NCBI GenBank assembly: GCA_028534125.1
Contig: CM052816.1
Coordinates: 40,612,001-40,676,000, forward strand
Source of the DNA: Lama glama
Lineage: Eukaryota
Direction of reading: 5' to 3'
DNA: 64,000 nt
The translations under genes and the position numbers were made by a program. This document shows, one piece after another, positions 13,412 to 25,809 of this stretch. Position 1 is the first letter of the stretch; each line of letters begins with the position of its first letter. The notes beneath the pieces are model-generated. The model was given only the letters and a program-made list of their open reading frames with translations, made no database searches and was not told the origin of the DNA.

Positions 13412-15280
13412 AACATATCAATAATTACACTGATTATGCTTATAATATTATAATTATGTTATATTACATTATAATAATTATAAATGGTCTAAATTCACCA
13501 AACAGAAGAGATTGGCAGTAGAGATAGTAAAACACAATCCCGCTAAATGCTATTTATAAGAAAGTCACTTCGATTTCAGTGACATAGTTCAGTTAAAAAT
13601 AAGAGATGGAAAAATATATAAATGCAAGCATTAATCAAAAAAGCTGGAGTGACTGTGTTAATATCTGGTTAATTAAGTTTCCACAGAGAATTACTAGAGA
13701 CAAAGAGATACATTAAATATTTTAGAAAGGATCAATGAAAAGGCAGAAATAATGATCCTAAATGTGTACACACCAAATAGCTATCTTGAAATCCATGAAA
13801 CAACAACTGATATCACTGAAAGTAGAAACAGTATATCCAGTTTTATTTGGGGACTTTACCACCTGCCTCTCAGCAAATGGTAGAACTACTAGTCAGAAGT
13901 CAGCAAGGATAGGTGGAACCACACAGTCAACTAGTGATATCTTTTTTTTTTTTAATTTTCAGTTACAATGTGGCCATTTCTGGTATACAGCCTAATGTCC
14001 CAGTCGTGCATATATATACATATATTTGTTTTCATATTCTTATTCATTAAAGATTATTATAAGATATTAAATATATCTTCCTGTGCTAAACAGAAGAAAT
14101 TTATTTTTATCTGTTTTTATATACAGTGGTTAACATTTGCAAATCTCAAACTCCCAAATTTATCATTAATTGTCATGTATTGAACAGCAACCAACAACAG
14201 CAAAATTGAACTTTTCTCAAAATGAGGTATTCACCAAAATAGTCCATAGTTTGTATCATAATTTAACAAATAAATTTAATAAAATTTAACAAATTTAAAT
14301 GATTGAAAGTATACAGAATATCTTCCCTGTCCAGAATGGAATCAGATTAAAATAGAAAGACAACAGGAAAATCTCTGAACACATGGAATGTTTGAAAAAA
14401 TTCGGTTAGAAAATGGGCAAGTGGCATGAATGGACATTTCACTGATGAGGATATGCAGATGGCACATAAGCATAGGTGAAAACATTCGCCTTCATAAGAC
14501 ATTAATGAAGTACACATTAAAATCATAATAAGATGTTACTACATAGCTATCAGAATGACTAAAATAAAAAAGAATGAAAATACCAAATAGTGGAAGGATG
14601 TGAAGAAACTGCATTACTGTTATATTGCTGGTGAGAATGTAAAAATAGCACAGCCACTCTAAAAATTACTTTGGCAGTTTTCTATAGAACTAGAGCTGTA
14701 ATTACAATTCAACCCAGCAGTTGTACTACTGGTAGTTTATTCCAGAGAGATAAAAACTTGTGTTCACACAGAAACCTGTACATGAATATTCAAAGCAGCC
14801 GATCTTGTTCCTAATAACCAAAAACTGAAAACAGCCCAGATATCCTTTAACAGTTAAATAGCAAAACAACTGTGGTACATATATACCATGGACTACTTAC
14901 TAGTCTGCAATAACTGAGAATGATATATAAATATTGACACCTTGGTTGAATCTGCATGGAATTACGTTGCAGGAAAGCCAATATAAAAGTTATATAATGT
15001 ATGATTCTATTTGAGTAACATTTTTGAAATGAACTTTAGAAATGGAAAATGTGTTATGGTTGCTGAGATTTAGAGGGGGCAAAGGAAGTGTAGTGAAGTG
15101 AGGAAGTATAAATAAGATTAGTGAATCGTGTCAGTGTCAGTATCCTCCTGTGATATTGTACTAATTTTTCAAAATGTTACCATTGGTGGAACTGCGTAAA
15201 GGGTACACAAGATTGTTTTTGTATTTTTCTTAAGATTGCCCATGAATTTCAAATTAAATCAAGAAAATGTCAGTGAAAAA
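13412..15280 (+). mobile_element. Old L1 (L1MC/MD-like): EN region joined to ORF2 C-terminus and 3'UTR, interrupted by a younger L1
   Basis: EN-coding remnants (atcaataattacac..taaatggtctaaat; ggggacttt) run to about 14390. They are followed by aaaatgggcaag.. (ORF2 C-terminus) and a 3'UTR ending near 15280. Confidence 0.75.
13942..14165 (-). mobile_element. Lineage-specific L1 3'UTR fragment nested in the older L1
   Basis: Poly-T followed by cagttacaatgtg..aatgtcccagtc..caaatctcaaactcccaaatttatc. Closely similar to 16708-16940 and to the reverse complement of 31050-31265. Confidence 0.9.
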
Positions 15281-16174
15281 TGTGTGATGAGATAATGTTT
15301 CAATATTATTTTAGGTGGTGTAAAATTAAAATCACAGAGACCTTCTTGACATATGAATGTAAATATGCCATTCATTTTCTTATAACTTAATGAGGCTCTA
15401 GAAAAATATGCCTTACATCTGTAATGTTAAAAAGTCTCCATATCTGTCTGCCTCTCTAGCTTCATTGTCACCTGGTGTTGTATATTTATGACATTCTGTT
15501 CATTTACCTCAACTGACAGAGCGCTTTTAGATGCACGATCTCTGCTTGAAACACCTTTCCATCCCCTCTCACCTCCTGAAATCCTTTTTAACTATTTAAA
15601 TTGATTTTAATACCTCTTCTACATCTCTCAGTGCATTTCTTTTATTGTATTATGAGTGATTTATTTAAGGAATCTGTTTCAATCCCCCTACTCTAGCTCT
15701 GAGAACAGAGATTATGAATCCCCAGAACTAAGCACAGTTGACATTTAACAAATGTTCAACAAATACTGATTAAGAAAATGGGAGTTTTAGATTTAGTTTT
15801 AAAACATTCCTTCTGAAATTTTAGTACTGTGAGACTTATATGCAGAATTCATGTTGCAAAACTTCTCTTTGCATGTAATTATTTCTGCATAGTTTCAGCT
15901 CTTAATGCAGGTTAAAGAACTTTTAAAGATTCATGTTCTACAGCTCTTTCCCTTGTGGTTTTGGTGGAATGTACTGATAATTACTTATATTCACACCAGG
16001 AGATTTCAGTAACTAATAATTGCTAAGGTTGTGCTCTTAGGAAATTATACATAAGCATCCCTAAGGAAGAATAGCCGTTGAAACTCAGATGTTCTAGAAA
16101 TAATTTTTTATGCTTACTTTTATAAACCCTTCAACTCTTCATTTCATTGTATCACCCAGTACACATACCAGTTA

Positions 16175-18591
16175 TGTTAGAGCAGGCAGACAGCTAGATA
16201 TGAGCAGAGAAACCAGGAGCATGGGCCAAATGGAAGGAAACTATACATCTTGTGAACAAGGAGAATCCTTGGGTAGTCAAAGAAAAGCAGGAACCTCCGG
16301 ACTGACAAGAAACCGCACATTTTGGGTTGACAAATGTAATGGAGGAAGATAGAGAAAGGTGGGATAATGCAGGAATCTCTGGAATTCAAATCTAACCTTT
16401 TGCTCATTATGCCCTCATTACAATAAAATGAGCATTGCAGATAAAAAGTACCCATCATGCACCAATGTTATGGCACTTCCGATCCAGACTAAATAAGGAC
16501 GAAAATCCTTCCTCCCCTCAGGGAGGTGGAGCTGGGATGAAAATCAGAAAATAAAATCCCAAACCTCTCCCTCCCCAATGAATACTCTGCCCATTCATTT
16601 TTACTCCCCATATAACCAGCTTGCCAGAGAAATTCAGGGCAGCTGCTCACCTGAGCCTGCCCGCTCTCCACATGAGAGTGTACTGTTATTTAATAAATCC
16701 TTACTTTAATTTTTTTTAATTGAAGTACACTCAGTTACAATGTGTCAATTTCTTGTGTACAGTACAATGTCCCAGTCATGCACATAAATACATAAATTTG
16801 TTTTCATATTCTTTTTCATCAAAGTTATTACAAGATATTGAATATAATTCCCTGTGCTATACAGAAGAAATTTAGTTTTTTTAATCGATTTTTATACATA
16901 GTGGCTAACATTTGTAAATCTCAAACTCCCAAATTTATCCCTTCCTATCCTCTTTCCCTTGGTAACCAAAGATTGTTTACTGTATCTGTGAGTCTATTTC
17001 TGTTTTGTAAATGAATTCATTAGTGTTCTCTCTTTTTTTTTTTAGATTCCACATATGAATATTATCATATGATATGTTTTCTTTCTCTGTCTGGTTTGTT
17101 TTACTTAGAATGACAACCTCCATCCATGTTGCTGCAAATGACAGTATTTTATTCTTTTTTATGGCTGAATAGTATTCCATTGTATAAATATACCATGACT
17201 TCTTTATCCAGTCATCTGTTGATGGACATTTAGGTTGTTTCCCTGTCTTGGCTATTGTAAATACTGCTGCTATGAACATTGGGGTGTATGTATTTTTTCA
17301 AATTAGAGTTCCCTCTAGATGAATGCCCAGGAGTGGGATTGCTGGATCATATGGTAAGTCTATTTTTAGTATTTGGAAGAATCTCCATACTGTTTTCCAT
17401 AATGGCAGCACCAAACTACATTCCCACAAGCAGTGTAGGAGGGTTCCCTTTTCTCCACACCCTCTCCAGCATTTATTGTTTGTGGACTTTTAAATGATGG
17501 CCATTATGACTAGTGTGAAGTGATACCTCATTGTAGTTTGATTTGCTTTTCTCTGATAATTAGCGATATTGAGCATTTTTTCATTTGCCTATTGGCCATC
17601 TGTATGTCTTCATTAGACAATTGCTTGTTTAGGTCTTCTGCCCATTTTTGGATGGGGTTTTTTGTTGTTGTTGTTATTAAGTTGTATGAGCTGTTTATAT
17701 ATTCTGAAAATTAAACCTTTGTCAGTCACATCATTTGCAGATATTTTCTCCTATTCTATAGATTGTTGTTTTGTTTTGCTTATGGTTTCTTTTGCTGTGC
17801 AAAAGCTTGTAAGTTTAATTAGGTCCCATTTGTTCATTTTTGCATTTATTTCTGTTGCCTGAGTAGACTGCCCTAGGAGAACATTGCTAAGATTTATTTC
17901 AAAGAATGTTTTGCCTACATTTTCTTCTAGGAGATTTATAGTCTTAAATATTTGTCTTTAAGCCATTTTGAGTTTATTTTTGTGTATGGTGTGAGGGAGT
18001 GTTCTAGCTTCATTGATTTACATGCTGCTGTCCAGTTTCCCCAACACCACTTGCTGAAGAGACTGTCTTTTTTCTATTGTATATTCTTGCCTCCTTTGTC
18101 AAAGATTAATTGATCATAGGTCTGTGGGCTAAATTATTTCTGGGCTCTCTATTCTGTGCCATTGATTCATATGTCTGTTTTTATGTCGATACCACATTGA
18201 ATGCTGTAGCTCTGTAGTATTGTCTGAAGTCTGGGAGAGTTATTCTTCCAGCTTTGTTCTTTTTCTTCAATATTGCTTTGGCAATTCTGGGTCTTTTGTA
18301 ATTCCATATAAATCTTAGGATTCTTTATTCTAGTTCTGTGATAAATGTCCTGGATAATTTGATAGGTATTGCATTGAATCTGTAGATTTCCTTGGGCAGT
18401 ATGGCCATTTTAACAATATTGATTTTTCCAGTCCAAAAGCATGGGATATCTTTCCATTTCTTCAAGTCATCTTTAATTTCCTTAATCAATGTTTTGTATG
18501 TCTCCATGTTCTCATTTTACTTTCTTGTCCTCTATGTCTCATCTCTGATTTTTTTTTCTGTGATGAGGCAAGAACCTCCTCTCTGGTAACA
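16175..18591 (+). mobile_element. Solo ERV LTR (about 610 bp, ERV1-like) split by an L1 insertion
   Basis: TGTTA...TAACA termini, near-TSD GTTA/ATTA, TATAA at about 16611 and AATAAA at 16692. The U5-like tail (aagaacc..ggtaaca) resumes after the L1. Confidence 0.8.
16708..18512 (-). mobile_element. 5'-truncated lineage-specific L1 (about 1.8 kb, ORF2 3' part plus 3'UTR)
   Basis: Minus-strand ORFs [27 protein letters not shown] and [23 protein letters not shown] are ORF2. Poly-T at the left end. TTACTTT is repeated at 16701-16707 and 18517-18523 (candidate TSD). Confidence 0.95.
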
Positions 18592-18699
18592 ATTATATTC
18601 AGTGTATTAATTTAAATCCATAGCTGCCACAGTATTTTTAGATGTGCATAAGTGTGATAAAATTTTTTAAATGCCCTGAATTGGAATCGGTCAGCTTTT

Positions 18700-18830
18700 G
18701 TTCAGATCCAGAAGTAGATTAATGATTGTGTGACCTTGAGAAAATCACTTAATACTTTTTAACCCATTATTTTAATTAATAAATTTATGATTCATCTCAG
18801 AGTAGTTTTTGAGGATTTAATAACCTGTGG
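18700..18830 (+). mobile_element. MIR fragment
   Basis: tgtgtgaccttgagaaaatcacttaa...ctcagagtagtttttgaggatttaa resembles the MIR core. Confidence 0.5.
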
Positions 18831-19996
18831 ATATGAAAACCTGTGCCGCTTGATACAAAAAATAATATATATCATGAGTTCCTATACATTTCATGTTTGA
18901 GTTTTTATAACCTATGATGTTATATATGTATGATTTTGTATGAATTCACTGATATGTTGTAAGTGTGTATACACTGAAGCATTGCAGCTCTATGCTACAC
19001 TTAAATGCTTAACCCTTATAAAGCACACAAATATTTTGAAGGTATACATGATATAACTCTATTTTGCCAAGTATACTTTTATTTGGGGAGATATATTAAA
19101 AATATGTTTAATACGATGTAATGATTAAAATGTAATTTTCTGGTTTCATAACATATTCAGAGCATTTTAATTTATTCTATGTTCTGTATATACTGTACAT
19201 TTTTGACATTTCCTTTTTGTAAATTTGTCATGGTGCTGATATTCTGTTGTTAAGTGCATATACGATAAAAATTGTTCTGTCTTCTTGAAGAACTTTCCTT
19301 TTTATCATTATGTATACCACTCTTTACATAATGCCCCTGATACCTTTCTTTACTTTGAATTCTGCTTTGTTTGAAATTATTAGGTCTACACCCATATCTT
19401 TTGATTAGTATTAAACTGCTATATTTTCCTTCATCCACTTAGTTTTAATCTATATTTGTCTTTATACTTTAAGTAGGTCTCTTGTAGGCAACATATAGGT
19501 GTGTCTGTTGTTTGATTCACTCTGACAACCTCTATCTTTTAATTGGTGCATTTAAACTACTGACATTCAAAGTGATTATTTATATAGTTGGATTATTATT
19601 TATTGTTATGCTCTATTTGTTGCCCTTGTTCTTTTTTCTTATTTTGTCCTCCACTCTTTCTCTGCCTTTTGTGGCTTTAATTGAGCATTTTATATTATTC
19701 CATTTTCTCCTTTCTTAGTGTATTAGTTACAATTCTTTTTAACTTTTTAAAATTTCTTTACTTCTTTTCATTTTTTAGTGATTGTCCTAGAGTTACAGTG
19801 CACATTTACAAGTAATCCAATTCTATTTTAAATAACACTATACTGTTTCATGAGCAGTATGAGTACCTTAGAATAAAATAGTACTATTTTGTTCTTTATA
19901 TCATTGCTGTTACACGTTTCACTTACACATACACATACATAAGCATCCATATCAAACACAGTGTTGCTATTATTATTCTAACAAACTCTTGTCTAT

Positions 19997-20660
19997 TGCA
20001 TCAGTCCCAGCCTATTGATGGGGATGCTCTCAGATAGGAATGCCTTAGGCACTTGGCTAGGCCCATATTACACGTAGTAAACCCCACAGGTTTCCTGCAT
20101 TGGGGCTAATGGTGTGGCTGAACCAGCCCTTCTGATTTCTGTTATGATATATATTATGTCACAGGATGCATTTCAGCAAAAACCTTCAGGAAACTTTGAG
20201 GAACTGACTTATTACTCACAAGTCCTAGAAGGTACGTGGCATGCGCAAGGGCCACACAGTGAGGTTGTGGGGTAAGGGGGTGGGGAAAAGGAGAGAGAGG
20301 TAAGGAGGGGGAGAGAGAGAGAGTGGGAAGAGAGAACATGGCCTTAGGTTCTCCTTTTGTTAAGGTCTGAAGGTAGGTTTTTGGGTTTCACTGGATCATT
20401 CATGACTAGCCAGTTTGCAGCCTAAGAGAGGGAAGTTTGGCAGAGGAGAGTAGAGGCGGGGTCACGCAAGTGGTCAATTATCGGGGTCATGCAGGGTTTT
20501 CTGACAGAGAAACTTCATGGGTGTGGGGGCCTAGTTTTTAATCTGGTTGGTTTGCTAGTGGCTGTGCCCTACAACTAGCAATGTATTTATTCAAGGTGGA
20601 TGTCTTTTGAAATGGATGCCTTGGCAATCAAAAGCTTAATGCCAGGCACTTATACTACCA
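19997..20660 (-). mobile_element. Solo LTR (ERVL-like, possibly MER54/MER74 group) nested in the old L1
   Basis: 664-bp insert with TG...CA ends and flanks CTAT/CTGT. The L1 sequence aacaaact..ct/gttagatcaa..aagaataag rejoins when it is removed. Family and strand are tentative. Confidence 0.65.
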
Positions 20661-22002
20661 CTGTTAGATCAACTAAGAATAAGAACAAAATAATTTTTTT
20701 ACCTTTGTCTGTGTTTTTTCCTTCTTTATGTCAATCAGACTTTCTCACCTATATTATTTCCCTTCTCTCTAAATAACTTCTTTTATTATTGCTTGCAAGG
20801 CAACTCTATTGGCAACAGATTTCCTCAGTTTTTGTTTTGATAAGAAAGTCTTTATTTCTTCACTTTTCAAGGATGATTTTTGCAGGGAACAGAATTCTTA
20901 TTTGGTGTTTTTGTTTTCTCTCAACACTCTTATTTTTCACTGTGCTCTTTTCTTGCTTGCATGTTTTCTGAGGAGCAGTTGGATGTCTTTCTTATATTTG
21001 CTTTTCTATAGGAATGGTGTTTTTTTCTTCTGGCTTCCTAATTCAGGATCTTTTAATTTATCTTTGATTATCTGTAGCTTGAATATGATATGCCTAGGTG
21101 TAGGTTTTACGATTTATGACATCCTGAGCTTCCTGGATCTGTGGTTTGGTATATGACATTAATTTAATGAAATTCTCAGTCATTGTTTGAGATGTTCTGT
21201 TCTTTTCTCTCCTTCCAGTATTCCCATTACATTTATATTACACCTTTTGTAGGTGTTCTACAGTTCTTATTCTGTTATGTTTATTTTTCAGTCTTTTTTT
21301 CTGTTTGCATTTCAGTTTTAGAGGTTTTCTATTAAGAATTCTCAAGCTCAGAGCTCTATCCTCAGTCATGTCCAGTCTGCTAAGTTCTTTTTAGTGGGCA
21401 TTCATTCTTAAAGGCAGTTTTCATTTCTGTTGCAAGGATTTTGATCTCTAGAATTTTTTCTTGTTTTTTTCTTAGGTTTCCATCTGTCTGTTGACGTTAC
21501 TTATACGTTCTTGCATTCTGTTTAGTTTATCCATTAGAGCCCTTAGCATGTTAATCACTGTTCTTTTTAAATTCTTGGTTTGATCATTTGTACATCCCTA
21601 CCGTATCTGAGTCTGGTTTTGATGCTTGCTCTGTCTCTTCCAAATGTGTTTTTTACCTTTTAGTGTACCTTATCATTTTGCATGTGTATATGTATGATCT
21701 GTTTGGATTTCAGAGTCAGTATATTCGACATTTGCACTATTTGCTCTAACCCATTTACCGGGGAACCCATCATGATGTACTGGGTAAAAAGGAACTGTTG
21801 TAGTAAGCCCTTAGTAATGTGAAGTAAGCTGTGGGGAGAGAAGTGTTCTATATTTCTATGATTAGGTCTCTGTATTTTAGTGGGTCTGAGTCTCTAGAAT
21901 GTGAACTTCATATATGCTTCTCAGTCCCACCCACCTCTTTTAGGTTTGACAGGATGGCTGGAGTTGGCTGGAGTTGATTGCTTCCCTTTTCCCCCAAAGA
22001 AG

Positions 22003-22911
22003 TGTTAGGTAGTTAGATAGAAATGAGTCCTGGGCAGGGGGAGAGGAAGCGGAAAAGAGTAACCCAGAATATATAACATTACACCTGCACTCGGCATAAG
22101 GGGCTTCGGAAACTTACTGTCTCTAAATAAAGGCCAGCAAGGAAGCCGGCTAGAGTCAAATGCTGCGGCTGTGCAGTAGAGAGGAAGACTGGCTTACCCT
22201 GACCCAATGCTATTTATAATGTAATTAACATTGCAGTTTGGGACCCCTCCCAAAGGTTTCTCTGTTTGCATCATGGGTAAGAACCTGCACAAAAGGGATG
22301 GGTGTGCCTGAGCACAAGGAACGTGAGCTGTCAATCAGCCTGAGCACTCAAAGAATCTGAGCTGTGAATTTATCTGTCAGCCGAGGGAGGCTGGAGAGGG
22401 ATTCGAGGAGGTGAGCTGCCCAAATGGAAGAAAACGCAAGGAGCCAACATAATGCGAGGGGAGCTAACATGGAGCGAAACAGCACTTTACTGCAGTACAA
22501 GCGGGTAGCTCAGGCCTACGCACTTGTCCTTTTAATTATGCCTGCGCATGCGTATTGTTCATAATGCTTACTCATGCTGCTAGCGCATGCGTACATTTAC
22601 TTCTTACCTCACACATATGCAAGTCATTGTGAACTTTGGCCTGGGTCCCACGACCTACTCACTTCAGACTGCCGACACAATCAGGAAAACACCCCTAAGT
22701 CAGGATATAAGACGGAGAAACAAAGCAGCGGCACCATTTTTCCTCTCTTGGATAGCCCCGGTCCTGATGCTCGGGAGTGTATTATATCTTTCTACCTTTT
22801 TACCTTACTAATAAAATCTTGTTTGATCATGCTTTCTGCCTCTTATTAAAAGTTCATTTTTTCCTGGTGACTAAGAACCGAGGTGACTTTATTTTCCTCC
22901 TCCCAGTAACA
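22003..22911 (+). mobile_element. Intact solo ERV LTR (909 bp, ERV1-like), relatively young
   Basis: TGTTA...TAACA termini with a perfect 4-bp TSD GAAG (21999-22002 / 22912-22915). TATAA at 22706, AATAAA at 22810, and about two dozen retained CpGs. Confidence 0.9.
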
Positions 22912-23869
22912 GAAGGATATTAAGTTGGGTATTTCCCCTTCTCCACGTGGAAGACTAGAGTCAGCTGGGTTGAATAGTCCCCTTCCCCCACATCAGACTC
23001 TGATGAAACCTGAGCCCTTTAGGTTTTGGTTAAGTAGTTCCTCCTGAGGGCAGGCCTTGTTAAGAAAAACAGAATGCTCTGGCATTTATCAAAATGGTTC
23101 TCTCCCTCCCCTGCCAGAAGCACTCAGGAGTTTTTCTCCAGTAATCACTCGGAGAACCAGGTGGAACTCGTGCAAGTGTGGGTTGGTGGATGATGATTGG
23201 GCCGCTGGAGTTTGTATCTCACAGCCTTGGCCTCACCCAGCTTCCGGCAACGCCAGTTCGAGCTTCTCTACCCAGGAGCTGTTTCTTAGGGTGGTTTCTG
23301 CTCTGGTAAGTTGTGCTTTTTTTTTTGTATTTGCCTGGTATTCTCTGTAGTTTTGCAGGTAGCGGTTTGCCCTATGATTTTACTTCTCTTGTGGATCTAA
23401 GAAGAGTTGATTTTCTTAGTTTGTTTGGCTTTTGCTCGGGGAGAGTGGCCGCTTCCAAGCTTCTTAAATGCTGCACTGAAAACCTTGTTTCTTTTTGAAT
23501 AGTTTAAACACATTGCTGTTAACTAATATTTAGAATACTAAAAGCCTTAGATGTACAAGCAAGTGAAATTCCTCATAGATTTATTGTATAATGTGAAATT
23601 TAGCATTAATAGAGTGAATTTGAAAGGTATATTCAGGTTTGATTTCAAACCGGTATCCCTGCAGAAATCATCTCTAGTAAAGCACTTTCCCCAGATCCAT
23701 GTGACTTAGGTTGAAACTTTGGTGAATTAAATTTTCATTATTTCCTTGTGTTCTGAGGTTATGGTAGTGACTAACAGATGCTTAAATTAGTTCCCCAAAC
23801 CTGTAGGATACAGACAGTCATGAAGTAAAAAAACCTGTACACTATGAGTAAAACAATCCCCCATTTTAG

Positions 23870-23990
23870 TATGAGCAAGATATTTAATCACTCTAAAATT
23901 TTGTTTCTCCTCTTTCAAAATGGACTTACCTAAAGTACAGTATTTTTCTGAGGGCTAAATTATTTGATTTAGGAAATATCTAGTGCTTAA
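23870..23990 (+). mobile_element. MIR fragment
   Basis: gagcaagatatttaatcactct...gtttctcctctttcaaaatgg..acct..tgagggctaaat resembles the MIR core. Confidence 0.45.
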
Positions 23991-24557
23991 TATATTGTAT
24001 TTTATTTTCCTTTCTTGTGTTACATTAATATAATGCTTCTGCAAATTTCCTGATTATCAAGAATACTGATATGGTTATTAAAACTTAGTTTTGTGGGTCA
24101 TACCTGAGTTACTATATTAGAATCTGCAGTGAATCTGCAGTGACTCAGCATACAGGTGTTCCTTATAGAAGTCATGAAGCGAGACATTGTATTAGGTCTC
24201 AGCTGAGCACCATCTGACCTCTCCAATACAAAGAGATAAAATATGTTAGCAGTAAAGAAACTCACACAAACCTAGATTTGGTGAAAGATTAGTGATGTTT
24301 GGTTTTTTCATATGTTGGTTATCATAGAGTGCTCCTACAATTTGTTTCCTTAATGGAATTTCATCTAAAGAAGATTTCTATGTAAAAAGTTTAGCCATCT
24401 GATTATTTTCTGGGATAAAATAGGAGAAGTGTAACCCCTGAAGTGTCTTCTATGGAAAGTATTGTGTATCTTCATCCTTATTTCATAATATGAATCAATG
24501 ATTGATAGTTATTCAAGTAATGAGTCATGGACTTTTGTGATGTAGAAAGCAGCTTGT

Positions 24558-25695
24558 TTTGTATGTCTTCATTGAAGAATTACTTGTTTAATTCTTCTGC
24601 CCATTTTGGGATTGGGTTGTTTTTTGTTGTTATTAAGCTGTATGAGCTGTTTATGTATTCTGGAAATTAAACCCCTGTTAGTCATATCATTTGCAAATAT
24701 TTTCTCCCATTCCGTAGGTTGTGTTTTTGTTTTACTTATGGCTTCCTTTGCTGTGCAAAAGCCTGTAAGTTTAATTAGGTTCTATTTGTTGTTATTGCCT
24801 GAGTGGGGTGCCAATAGACACATGAAAAAATGCTGAATATCACTAATTATCAGAGAAATGCAAATCAAAACTACACTGAGGTATCATCTCATGCCAGTGA
24901 GAATGGCCATCATTCTGAAGTCCACAAACAATAAATGTTGGAGAGGGTGTGGAGAAAAGGGAACCCTCCTACACTGCTTGTGGGAATGTAGTTTGGTGCT
25001 GCCATTATGGAAAACAGTATGGGGATTCTTCAAAAAACTAAAAATAGACTTACCATATGACCCAGTTATCCTGCTCCTGGGCATATATCCAGAAGGAGCC
25101 CAACTTCAAAAAGACACCTGCATCCCAGTGTTCATAGCAGCACTGTTTACAACAGCCAAGACATGGAAGCAACCTAAATGTCCATCAACAGATGACTGGA
25201 TAAAGAAGTTGTGGTATATTTATACAATGGAATACTGCTCAGCCATTAAAATAATAAAATAATGTCATTTGCAGTAACATGGATGGACCTAGAGGTTGTC
25301 ATTCTAAGTGAAGTAAGCCAGGAAGAGAAAGAAAAATACCATATGATATCACTCACATGTGGAAACAAGCAAAAACAAATGAACTTATTTACAAAACAGA
25401 AACAGACTCACAGACATAGAAAACAAACTTAGGAGGAAAAGGGGGTGGGAGGAGATAAATTGGGAGTTAGAAATTTGCAGATACTAACTATTATAGATAA
25501 AAATAGATTAAAAAATCAAATCTCTTCTGTATAGCACAGGGAACTATATTCAATATCTTGCAGTAACCTTTAATGAAAAAGAAAAAATGAATCTATGTAT
25601 GTACATGTATGACTGAAACATGCTGTATACTAGAAATTAACACATGTTATAAACTGACTATACTTAAATAAAAATAATAACATTTTCAAAAATTG
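24558..25695 (+). mobile_element. Lineage-specific L1 with 5' inversion (inverted part about 24558-24804, sense part about 24809-25695)
   Basis: ORF 24858-25262 is the ORF2 C-terminus with the CCHC-like motif [18 protein letters not shown]. The upstream block is antisense L1 sequence that immediately precedes it in the consensus. Confidence 0.92.
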
Positions 25696-25809
25696 AAAAA
25701 GACAGTAAATTGTTTTTAAAATATTCATGTTGCTTTATTCTTATATTTCACCTAAGGAAGTCCTATTATAGAGACACACTGAGATACATACACACAATGA
25801 TACATATTA

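Larger units (their letters stand above)
19235..23485 (-). mobile_element. 5' half of an old L1 (L1MC-like: 5'UTR, ORF1, inter-ORF, start of ORF2) carrying two nested LTRs
   Basis: Antisense EN remnants at about 19240-19580 and antisense ORF1 at about 20770-21560. L1MC-type 5' terminus (tttgccctatga..ggatctaagaagagttg..gcttccaagc). The sequence is continuous across both LTR insertions. Confidence 0.8.

Noticed and set aside
13208..15280. A fourth twin-priming inversion
   Set aside because: The minus fragment derives from the ORF2 C-terminus, which is also present in the plus element, and it is not adjacent to that element's 5' breakpoint.
16175..22911. One provirus bounded by two LTRs
   Set aside because: The LTRs differ internally and have separate TSDs. 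The intervening DNA is L1/MIR with no primer-binding site or gag/pol/env.
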